A DNA stretch of 64,000 nucleotides from Candidatus Hadarchaeum sp. (lineage in GTDB: Archaea; Hadarchaeota; Hadarchaeia; Hadarchaeales; Hadarchaeaceae): NCBI RefSeq assembly GCF_038871235.1, contig NZ_JAVZIN010000008.1:11369-75368 (forward strand). The letters run 5' to 3'. How positions within the stretch are numbered: the first letter of the stretch is position 1; every line of letters begins with the position of its first letter. Below are positions 48,037-55,941 of this stretch, piece by piece. Both the position numbers and the translations under genes were made by a program. The notes under the pieces are model-generated. The model was not told the DNA's origin, did not search any database, and was given only the letters and a program-made list of their open reading frames with translations.

Positions 48037-49383
48037 CTATTTGGAGCAGCTCTCTAGGAAGGTCAAAAGATAAAACAAGAAAACGGTCGCTAACGCATAA
48101 GCCATCACGGAAAGAGTCACAACGTAAAAGCTGTACATAGTTCTGTTTCCAAGCAGATAAACTGCAACATAACCAAGAAAAGTGAGTAGGAACCACAAGG
48201 CGGGAATTATGGAATCGCGGTTCAACTTGTAAGCAATATACGGTGTGAGGAATAATGAAACTATGGCTAAAAGGTAAACCGCTGGGTTGACGGAAGCGGC
48301 TACATCTGGGTTAAGATTTAATGTAAACGGACTTTGGTTTACAAACCAACCCCAAGGATCAGAAACTGCCGGTCCGGGTGGTCTTGACGTCAAAAACCAG
48401 TGCAGTCCGATCTGTATTTCTCGAATCCATCCCTGAACGCCCCATTTGATTACTAAGGGTATGTTGAAACCAAACCAAATTAAAAGGGGCACTACGAAAG
48501 GATATAAGATCGTTTTTTTAACGCTGGATTTCCGGAGAACCATTAACAAAAAAAGTGCTGCAACTGAAAATAATCCGGTGAACTTTGAAGTTGAAGCTAG
48601 CCCGATGAAAACCGCAGATAAAAGGTAACCTCTTCGCAACGCAAACCACAGCGAAAGGGAGAGGAAAAATGCCACGTAGATGTCAAGCATAGCCACAGAG
48701 GACATTGCCCTCAAAATGGGATCGGTTAGGGCCAGCGGAAAAACTAGCAGCGCGGCTACTCCATTGCCCAACAATCTGGCGGTGAAAAAATAAGTCACGA
48801 GAAGTGCCAGCGCTCCGGCAACTATCCCTGGAATTCTCCACGCCATTGGTTGGTCACCTAGCAAAAGCATTGAAATTCCGATTAAGTATTTCACCAGCGG
48901 CGGGTGCTCGGCATTCATATAAGTGTCGGCACCAGAAACATCTGGATACCAATATCCGCTTTGAATTAATTTGACTTGTGGAAAAGCTTCAAAAATTATG
49001 TTACGATCAAGTTCCTCGGCAGTAGCTACTGAAATCGCAGGTACCTTTTCATAATCTTTAGTCACGACACCGTTGAACCTAGTCCTGATAAAATCTCTGA
49101 ACCTTTCATTGTCCTCCTTCAAGGCTGAAAACGACTTAAAAAAAACCGTGTAATTATATCTACCCATGGGATCAACATAACCTGGCTGAACACCGAAAAT
49201 TTCTCTTAAGATGTTTCTGGAAGAGATGACATACCAAGTCTCATCTGCAACATACCCGGAAGTGCCCTCCATCCTTGCAGCTAGATCAAAGCTAAAACAG
49301 GCAAAAACTACGACTAAAAAAATGGCAACTATCACGCAGATAGCGTGTCTTTCATCCACTTGGTCTATTTTTACCAACCGCAC
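48037..49383 (-). CDS. GT-C fold glycosyltransferase (PMT/GT39-like, dolichol-phosphate-sugar dependent)
   Basis: Loop-1 DETWY and EHPPLVK motifs, WRIP, AMLD and SKFTG; about 10 TM helices. Confidence 0.82.
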   Translation of the reverse strand: MRLVKIDQVDERHAICVIVAIFLVVVFACFSFDLAARMEGTSGYVADETWYVISSRNILREIFGVQPGYVDPMGRYNYTVFFKSFSALKEDNERFRDFIRTRFNGVVTKDYEKVPAISVATAEELDRNIIFEAFPQVKLIQSGYWYPDVSGADTYMNAEHPPLVKYLIGISMLLLGDQPMAWRIPGIVAGALALLVTYFFTARLLGNGVAALLVFPLALTDPILRAMSSVAMLDIYVAFFLSLSLWFALRRGYLLSAVFIGLASTSKFTGLFSVAALFLLMVLRKSSVKKTILYPFVVPLLIWFGFNIPLVIKWGVQGWIREIQIGLHWFLTSRPPGPAVSDPWGWFVNQSPFTLNLNPDVAASVNPAVYLLAIVSLFLTPYIAYKLNRDSIIPALWFLLTFLGYVAVYLLGNRTMYSFYVVTLSVMAYALATVFLFYLLTFLESCSK

Positions 49384-49392
49384 CGTTTCACC

Positions 49393-50448
49393 TCAAACCC
49401 ATCTCCAAACAAAAGTTTCACTCAAGAGGTAGTTGAAAATGAAACCGAGCAGGATGCCGATGGTGTTCGCCACCAAAATATGCAGACCGGCGGCTAACAA
49501 TAATAGAAAAACCACATAATTGACAACTGCGCCCACCAACACGGACCCATGATATTTCAACAGCCGATAAATAATCCCTCCCGATTTTCTGCCCCTAAAT
49601 GTCCAGAAGTTATTCAAGGTAAAGTTGCTGAGGATAGATGACTCAATCGAAAATATTTCGGCGAAAAACGGCGACATGAACGCCGAAGTGACCAGCAACC
49701 AGAGTATTCCGTTATTAACAACTATTCCTGAAACACCAACGGCCATGAATTTTAATATCCTATAATCCGACAGCCGGAGCAACTGTCTCACATAGCTAAA
49801 TATTTGCTTTGTACCCAATTTGCTCTTACCCGCTGCCCGAGTCCGAAAGGTGTACGGAACTTCGACAACCTTACAATACTTCCCCTTCACTAGAATTTCA
49901 ATGAGCATCTTGAACTCCTTAACATCAATCACGGCCCCTTCAATAACGTTCTTTTTGAAGAGAAAATAGCCGGAAAGGGTGTCCTTAACATTTTTTGTTT
50001 GAGGCAGAAAAAGATGAGACAACCAAAGCGCCCCCCTTGAAATTATTTTTCTTAACAGCGGCCAACCTTCAATGTTACCGCCACTAACGTATCGAGAGGC
50101 CACAACTATATCGGCACCCTCTTCGGCTCGCTTCAACATTGTTTTCAAAACCTCCGGAGGATGCTGCAAATCCGCGTCAATGACACCGATAATTTCCCCG
50201 TGTGAGACGGCCACCCCATCGAGTATGGCTGTCCCAAGTCCCAGCTTCCCCGGTCTATGAACCACTGCCACATTTTTGTTCTTTGAAGCTAACTCGTCCG
50301 CAAGTTTCCCCGTGCCATCTGGGCTGTTATCATCAACAATGATTAACTCAAAATCAACGCCTTTGAGGGTGTTAAAAATACCATCGACCAGTCTTTCTAA
50401 ATTTTCTGCCTCGTTATAAGTTGGAACTATAATGGAAAGTTTGACCAC
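49393..50448 (-). CDS. Dolichol-phosphate mannosyltransferase-like GT2 with C-terminal GtrA domain
   Basis: IIVPTYNE, VDDNSPDGT, IDADLQHPP, F..R..GKSKL and four C-terminal TM helices (NFTLNNFWTF). Confidence 0.9.
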   Translation of the reverse strand: MVKLSIIVPTYNEAENLERLVDGIFNTLKGVDFELIIVDDNSPDGTGKLADELASKNKNVAVVHRPGKLGLGTAILDGVAVSHGEIIGVIDADLQHPPEVLKTMLKRAEEGADIVVASRYVSGGNIEGWPLLRKIISRGALWLSHLFLPQTKNVKDTLSGYFLFKKNVIEGAVIDVKEFKMLIEILVKGKYCKVVEVPYTFRTRAAGKSKLGTKQIFSYVRQLLRLSDYRILKFMAVGVSGIVVNNGILWLLVTSAFMSPFFAEIFSIESSILSNFTLNNFWTFRGRKSGGIIYRLLKYHGSVLVGAVVNYVVFLLLLAAGLHILVANTIGILLGFIFNYLLSETFVWRWV

Positions 50449-50546
50449 AATACTGATGGCGCCGGATGAAGATAAAAAAGCTGGTCAAGGTATCATCAAG
50501 AAGAAGCTTAAAATTAAACATCGAAAATTATTGGGAGGTTTTGAAA

Positions 50547-50888
50547 ATGAAGCTCAACATGAGGTACGTGCTGTTTGACTTCGTAGTCGGTGGGATCTTG
50601 GTAGCTGGTGCCTTGCTTGTAGCTTCTATCTTGGGGCCAACGGCTGGTGGTATCCTCGCAGGAGCCCCCATCCGGACGGCTGCGGTAATCTTCTTAGAGT
50701 ATTTGCATCGGGGGCTTGATTCTGCTGCCGAGTTGACGCGGGGTGTGGTTCTGGCTATGATATCGAACGTTTTCTTTGCCATTTCGCTTTACCTCACCCT
50801 ACCGCGGTTTGGTATCGCCGTCGGGTTCCTCGCCGCTACAATGGTCTTTGTTACAGCCGTGCTTCTTCTCACAAGCCTAGCACCTTAA
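50547..50888 (+). CDS. Small membrane protein (DUF3147-like)
   Basis: FVVGGILV...GGILAGAP pattern with four TM segments; ATG after GGAGG. Confidence 0.6.
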   Translation: MKLNMRYVLFDFVVGGILVAGALLVASILGPTAGGILAGAPIRTAAVIFLEYLHRGLDSAAELTRGVVLAMISNVFFAISLYLTLPRFGIAVGFLAATMVFVTAVLLLTSLAP

Positions 50889-50894
50889 AACTCG

Positions 50895-51719
50895 TCAGAT
50901 ATTGCGACCAGTTAACGCCCGGACCAACCTAGCGGTGGTCTCGGCAACCGCGCGTTCCTCATATGGGACGTATGGTAGGTTGGCTTCCCCCGCCACCAGC
51001 TTGGCCAAATTTCCTATTGCCACCGAAGCTTCACAATCGGGCTCGTAAACCACGACAGGTACTCCCGCAAGCTCTGCCTCCTGAACCTTAGGATCTTCAG
51101 GTATCTCAGATAAAATGGGCAAAGCACCAAGTGCGCGGCACAAGAAACTTTCCACCTCATCTGGAGTAAGGTCGGCGGCCTTCCCCGTCCGATTAACCAC
51201 TATACCGCGAGTCCAAGATCCTAAAATGTTGGCAAGCCTAACTATCTTGTAAGCATCGACCAAACTGGTGTAGGTGGGATTACAGACGGGTATCATCTCC
51301 CTTGCGGCCGCGATTGAAATAATCGTGGCGTCCTGAATTCCTGCCGCTCCGTCAATGAGGAGAAACTCGGTCTGTTTTAACAGCTCTCTTATGACTTCCT
51401 CCACCCGCTCACGCTTAACCTTAGTGAGAACCTCATGGGCATCCTCGAAACGGAAACCCATCGGCACTACTTTTATCCCATAATTTCTGTAAATCACATC
51501 CTTAACCTCAGCTTCACCCGTTAAGGCGTCCAAAAACGAAAGCTCGCATTTGTGCATACCCAACACTATCGCTAAATTGGCCATGCCGAGATCTCCGTCC
51601 AAAATGGTCGTGTCCTTGCCAAGAGCTCCCAGCGCAATTCCGAGGTTGGCTGTCAGCGTCGTCTTTCCGGTCCCTCCCTTACCAGAAGTGATTGATATCG
51701 ACCGCGGCCTAAACCGCAA
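50895..51719 (-). CDS. minD: MinD/ParA-family ATPase (archaeal MinD-like)
   Basis: Deviant Walker A SGKGGTGKTT, DGDLGMANL and IPEDPKVQEA...GVPVV. Confidence 0.85.
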   Translation of the reverse strand: MRFRPRSISITSGKGGTGKTTLTANLGIALGALGKDTTILDGDLGMANLAIVLGMHKCELSFLDALTGEAEVKDVIYRNYGIKVVPMGFRFEDAHEVLTKVKRERVEEVIRELLKQTEFLLIDGAAGIQDATIISIAAAREMIPVCNPTYTSLVDAYKIVRLANILGSWTRGIVVNRTGKAADLTPDEVESFLCRALGALPILSEIPEDPKVQEAELAGVPVVVYEPDCEASVAIGNLAKLVAGEANLPYVPYEERAVAETTARLVRALTGRNI

Positions 51720-51797
51720 ACTCCTGCCCCCGGCATTTAATTATGGGTTCTTTACTTAAAAAGAGAAATTTTTGCCGTTGGAGGCTATATGGTGGGA

Positions 51798-52784
51798 TCA
51801 ATCGGGCAATTCAAGTTTTGCCCCCGGGTTCTTTGCAAAGTAATCCCTGACCGGAGCCAAAATTTTCACGATGGCCTCAGCCAAAGCTGTTTTAAGGTCC
51901 GCCGGATGGAGCTTGCCAGAGGCATAGATCTTCCGAAGCTCGGTTGCATTTTCTATCTCAATTGGACCACCATACTTCTCCGGCCTGTCGATGCTGAGTT
52001 TTCCCAAAGCCGGCAGAACAAAATACTCGGCGTACTCAATTACTGGATTGTCCTTCACCGTCTTCGGCGGGCAGAAAGCCTTCGCCACCTTCTGTTTTAT
52101 GACGGCGGGATCGTCATCGACCGCGATAAAATTACCCCTGCTCGACGACATTTTTACCTCCCCGTCCAGACCGTGAAGTAGCGGGAGATGAAGGCATACT
52201 GGTTTTTTATAACCTAGTTCAGGGAGTCTTTCTCGGGCTACCATGTGTACCTTGCGCTGATCTATTCCTCCAACCGCTATGTCAGCGTCTAAATGGGCTA
52301 TGTCTACTGACTGCATAAGGGGGTAGATTGTCTGTGCAACGTCGGGGGCTTTGGTCTGCCGGGCTATTTCCGCCATGGCTCGGCGCGCTCTAAGAATGGT
52401 CGTGTTGGTGGCCATCCTGAGCACATCCAATACATATTCTGGTTTTAGTTGAAAGCTTGAGCCAAAAACGAATTTTGTTTGCTTCGGATCCAGACCAAGT
52501 GCAATAAAACAGTGCTTGTTATATTCGGCCACCCTTTGGATCTCCTCTAAAGTGCCCTTGTGGTTCAAAAACGCGTGTAAATCGGCTAATAGCACCGTGA
52601 CTTGGCCTCCAGCTCTTTGGATATCAATGAGCTTTGAAACGGTTAGCGCATGCCCGAAGTGAATCTTGCCTGAGGGCTCGTAACCGCAGTAGGCGGAAAA
52701 CCTTCCGCTGGCAAGAAGCTGACGCAACTCATCAACCGTGACCGCTTCCTCTACACCACGCATGATGATATCAAAGGGATCCAT
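51798..52784 (-). CDS. tyrS: Tyrosyl-tRNA synthetase
   Basis: YCGYEPSGKIHFGH, LADLHA, YPLMQSVD, GGIDQRK, KMSSS and LHPADLK motifs. Confidence 0.96.
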   Translation of the reverse strand: MDPFDIIMRGVEEAVTVDELRQLLASGRFSAYCGYEPSGKIHFGHALTVSKLIDIQRAGGQVTVLLADLHAFLNHKGTLEEIQRVAEYNKHCFIALGLDPKQTKFVFGSSFQLKPEYVLDVLRMATNTTILRARRAMAEIARQTKAPDVAQTIYPLMQSVDIAHLDADIAVGGIDQRKVHMVARERLPELGYKKPVCLHLPLLHGLDGEVKMSSSRGNFIAVDDDPAVIKQKVAKAFCPPKTVKDNPVIEYAEYFVLPALGKLSIDRPEKYGGPIEIENATELRKIYASGKLHPADLKTALAEAIVKILAPVRDYFAKNPGAKLELPD

Positions 52785-52827
52785 CTGTTTCCCCTACGAA
52801 ATGGGCGCGACAACATCAAAAAGCTTA

Positions 52828-53241
52828 TTAGCCGCCCAAATCTTCAGAACCAGCTTCCACCCCTTCTCCCCGCGCCCTTAATTTCCACTCCAAAACCAGC
52901 TGCCGCCATCTCTCAAATTGCTGAACACGGAGAGTGGACTTCAACCGCCCCTCCAGAAATTTTGCTAGACCCAAGCATTCGTCCTTGCGTCGGACGCTCA
53001 GGTGAAAAATTGTTCCGTGTCGGCCTATTTTTCCTGCCTTTAAAATCCACTTTACTATTTCCAGTGCAGAACGGTCCCGACTGACCAGATAAAATGCTGG
53101 ATTGCGATATCGGTAATTTTTAAGCCCAGATTTCGTTTTTCGCCTTATTTTTATCGTATTTGTTGTAAATACTCCTTCACTTTCGATAAAACCGACAACC
53201 CAACCTTTATCAAACTCTTTTATGGGATTATTTATTTTCAT
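52828..53241 (-). CDS. Free-standing single-motif LAGLIDADG-family protein
   Basis: N-terminal GWVVGFIESEGVF helix matching the LAGLIDADG motif, followed by a basic alpha/beta core (AFYLVSRDRSALEIVKWILKAGKI); about 137 aa. Confidence 0.75.
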   Translation of the reverse strand: MKINNPIKEFDKGWVVGFIESEGVFTTNTIKIRRKTKSGLKNYRYRNPAFYLVSRDRSALEIVKWILKAGKIGRHGTIFHLSVRRKDECLGLAKFLEGRLKSTLRVQQFERWRQLVLEWKLRARGEGVEAGSEDLGG

Positions 53242-53283
53242 AATGTAACATAACTTTGTCATTTTTATTAAATTTTATTTTCC

Positions 53284-53338
53284 AGCGGAAACGAAGGGGT
53301 TGGAATACTTTCGGCGACCCCTCTCTCGAAAACCCGCT
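53284..53338 (+). other. Long GC-rich hairpin in the leader of the AEP-like gene
   Basis: AGCGG/CCGCT, CGA/TCG, AGGGGTTG/CGACCCCT and GAA/TTC stacked with A-rich internal loops, following an AT-rich TATA-like tract. Confidence 0.6.
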
Positions 53339-53375
53339 TAAAACCAGAATTGCAAACAGCCAACCGGGGAAGCCG

Positions 53376-54191
53376 ATGTATTATCAACGCCTTGACGTGA
53401 GGCGCGCCATCTTGAATTTCGCGAATGCTAGCGGAAGCGCCGGCGTCCGCGAGTGCGCTATCTACAACGCAAAGACAAGAAGCCTTCAACGATATCTTGA
53501 GACGGATCAGCGAAAGCCGATTTATTTGGAGGAACCATCCGACATTGATCGGGTTCTTGCAAGAGGAGCGTCAGCGTTCTACGCATCTTACTGGCGGTAT
53601 TATCTCGATGACTTTAACAATCCCGTCGGCACCGACTTGGTTTGGACGACGCGCTCTGAAAGTGGTTTGAAGTTTGCTAAAGAGGTTACTTCTTGGATGT
53701 TGGAGGCCCTAGAGGAAATAGGAGCACCAGAACCATGGGTTAAATATTCTGGGGGGCTAGGGTTCGATTTAATCATACCTCTTGAAGCGGTTCCTTTCGA
53801 AGCACGGATCGGCGATGTGGGCGTTCTTCACGAAATGCAGGGGAGCCTGACGAATTATATTGTGAGCTATTTAGCTGACCATAAGGCGGATGTCTCCGTC
53901 GAGGGCGTTATTTCCCCAGTAAGGCTCAAAAGAGGAAAAGAAACCTGCCTCCTCTCCGAGCTTCGGGTCAAGCGAGGCCTTTTGTTAGCGCCGATGAGCT
54001 TGAATCCGGAGACAGGTCTAGTTTCAGTGCCAGTTCATCCGAAGCGGCTTGAAGATTTTTCTGTCCTACAGGCCAGTCCGGAAGATGCGCGCGGCTTTTT
54101 ATGGGCACTGCCAAAAGAGTCCTATGAATTTCTCAGACAAATACGGTCTTGGTTACCCGAGGCAAAAGCAGCAGAAATTTCGGCCCTCTGA
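53376..54191 (+). CDS. Archaeo-eukaryotic primase (PriS-like) paralog, predicted catalytically inactive
   Basis: YYQRLDVRRAI, GASAFYAS, KYSGGLGFDLIIP and APMSLNPETGLVSVPV match the PriS scaffold. The DxD motif reads W-T-T-R and the motif-II His is Asp. Confidence 0.75.
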   Translation: MYYQRLDVRRAILNFANASGSAGVRECAIYNAKTRSLQRYLETDQRKPIYLEEPSDIDRVLARGASAFYASYWRYYLDDFNNPVGTDLVWTTRSESGLKFAKEVTSWMLEALEEIGAPEPWVKYSGGLGFDLIIPLEAVPFEARIGDVGVLHEMQGSLTNYIVSYLADHKADVSVEGVISPVRLKRGKETCLLSELRVKRGLLLAPMSLNPETGLVSVPVHPKRLEDFSVLQASPEDARGFLWALPKESYEFLRQIRSWLPEAKAAEISAL

Positions 54192-54453
54192 TGCTTCAAA
54201 AGTCGGTCGAGATGCATGTTCGTGGCGCAAAAGGATCGACAGCAGCTTACCTCCAGCTTGTGGAACGCCTCATAAAACTGAGTTGTTTCAGTCGTTTCTG
54301 ATTTTACATCCAGTCCACTTTTTATAGCCAGTTAAAAGGAAGATTTTGGTCGTGCCCCCAATATTCTAATTGATTGATGTGAGCCATTTTAAACAAGAAA
54401 AAAATTGTTTTATTTCATCCAATAGTCAATCACACATGGTTCAAAAATTTTCT

Positions 54454-54469
54454 GAGAAATGTTTAAATA
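54454..54469 (+). promoter_or_regulatory. BRE-TATA promoter of the Cys-rich mini-protein
   Basis: GAGAAA-TG-TTTAAATA; shares the TCTGAGAAA BRE context of the mat promoter. Confidence 0.62.
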
Positions 54470-54503
54470 ACGGGCTTTAATTAATTTTATCGACCGAATT
54501 AGT

Positions 54504-54650
54504 TTGGAGGAATGCTGTTTGCCAAAGTGTTGTAAAAACTGCTACCTCTATGACGATTGTGAAAACAGAAACGAATGTTGCGAGGAATGTGATTTTTACT
54601 CTGACGGCGAGTGCACGTTGGCGGAAGACGAGTGGCAAGAGGACATCTAA
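54504..54650 (+). CDS. 48-aa Cys-rich acidic mini-protein, not in the ORF track
   Basis: TTG...TAA encodes MEECCLPKCCKNCYLYDDCENRNECCEECDFYSDGECTLAEDEWQEDI (10 Cys, 16 Asp/Glu). Own promoter upstream and T-rich tract downstream. Confidence 0.72.
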   Translation: MEECCLPKCCKNCYLYDDCENRNECCEECDFYSDGECTLAEDEWQEDI

Positions 54651-54722
54651 AGTTCGATTTCTTTTTGTTCTTCTTTTCAAAGATTATAAGGTCCAGAAAT
54701 AATCTTATACTGGGTGCGGAAA

Positions 54723-55331
54723 ATGTCGGATCCATTCGACGATTTTTTCAGGCGGATGATGAAGCGATTTTTTAAAGACTTTGAGGAAATAGAGCGTGAG
54801 CTTCGTTCAACGGAAGTTATTAAAAAACCTTCCGAATGGATTGTTAAAGCTCCTGGCGGTTATGTTAGAGGTGGCGGTTTTAGCATTTCAATAAGCAGCA
54901 ACGGGCGAGGGCCACCTAAGATAGAGGTGAGGCGCTTTGGTCCTTCAGGGAAGTGGGAAAAGGTACCTTTTGTGGGGGAGAAAGTGACCCCAGTTACAGG
55001 GAAGCTTGAAAGACCTCACCTGCGTGCGGAAGCGAAGGAGCCAGCTGTGCGGTTGAAAGAAAGGGTGATACCTGAATACAATGTTTCGGTTGATTTTAAC
55101 GAGGTCACGATAACCATCTGTGCCGAAGGAGTGGAGAGTGAAGACGATGTTAAGCTAAAGTTTTATCCGGAATCAGTTGAGATCTATGCTCTAGCTCCAA
55201 AACTCAGTCGGGAGTATTTCTGCACCGTGGCCTTGCCGGCTTCAACTGAAAGACAATCTTCAAAGGTGAAAGTTGAGAAGGGCAAGGTTATAATTAGTAT
55301 CCCGCGAAGGATCCAGGTGTTTAAGGAATAG
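54723..55331 (+). CDS. Small heat-shock protein (archaeal Hsp20-like)
   Basis: DPFDDFFRRMMKRFF N-terminus, GGFSISISSNGRGPPKIEVRRFG linker and C-terminal alpha-crystallin-like domain. Confidence 0.78.
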   Translation: MSDPFDDFFRRMMKRFFKDFEEIERELRSTEVIKKPSEWIVKAPGGYVRGGGFSISISSNGRGPPKIEVRRFGPSGKWEKVPFVGEKVTPVTGKLERPHLRAEAKEPAVRLKERVIPEYNVSVDFNEVTITICAEGVESEDDVKLKFYPESVEIYALAPKLSREYFCTVALPASTERQSSKVKVEKGKVIISIPRRIQVFKE

Positions 55332-55428
55332 GAATGGGTTGTTAATGATTTCGAGGTCTGAAGTTTAGTAGTTTTGGCAAACGTTTCGAAACACTTATCA
55401 TATCTGTGAATGATGGGTTAAGAAAGGG

Positions 55429-55941
55429 TTGATGAAAATGCTCGTGAAAATGGTGATGGAACTTGAGGATGTTCCTGGACAGCTACTAAAAGGTCTGGAG
55501 CCGATAGCCCGTTTCGGCGGAAATATCAAGAGTATCATGCACCAGAGAGAGCGCAAGACTCCGTTGGGACGTTTACCAGTCATGTTGATTTTTGATGTCA
55601 GGGATCAAGCAACGCTTAAAAGAATTTTGGCAGCGCTAAAACAAGTAGGCGTGCGAGTTACACAGGTTGGTGAGCGTGAAGGGGAAATAGTGACCACAGT
55701 TCTTTTAATTGGCCACATTGTTCACACTGATATCAGGCAGACGATAGATCAACTGAATGCCATTAAAGGCGTAACTGTTTCCGAACTCAATCTGGCCGTT
55801 GGCAGTTTAGGGCGCGAGTCTTCGGCCCGCATGGTCATAGCTGCTGACAATAAGGAGAGATCTATGCTAGCCATTTCTAAATTGCGCGACATAGCAGAAA
55901 AGAAAAAGTTACTTTTAGTGACGTCAATCGAGGCGATTTAA
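55429..55941 (+). CDS. ACT-domain protein (putative allosteric subunit of homoserine dehydrogenase)
   Basis: ELEDVPGQLLKGLEPIARFGGNIKSIMHQR and LIGHIVHTDIRQTID; translationally coupled to hom. Confidence 0.85.
   Translation: MMKMLVKMVMELEDVPGQLLKGLEPIARFGGNIKSIMHQRERKTPLGRLPVMLIFDVRDQATLKRILAALKQVGVRVTQVGEREGEIVTTVLLIGHIVHTDIRQTIDQLNAIKGVTVSELNLAVGSLGRESSARMVIAADNKERSMLAISKLRDIAEKKKLLLVTSIEAI

Noticed and set aside
54192-54450. Long intergenic stretch after the AEP-like gene with weak stems (GTCGGTC/GATCGAC, TGAGCCAT/ATGGTTCA) and short open frames
   Set aside because: The stems are few and isolated and the frames lack convincing starts or RBS; not enough to call an RNA or gene.
54477-54735. 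Minus-strand ORFs of 67 and 78 aa
   Set aside because: No motifs, and they overlap the better-supported + strand Cys-rich ORF, which has its own promoter.
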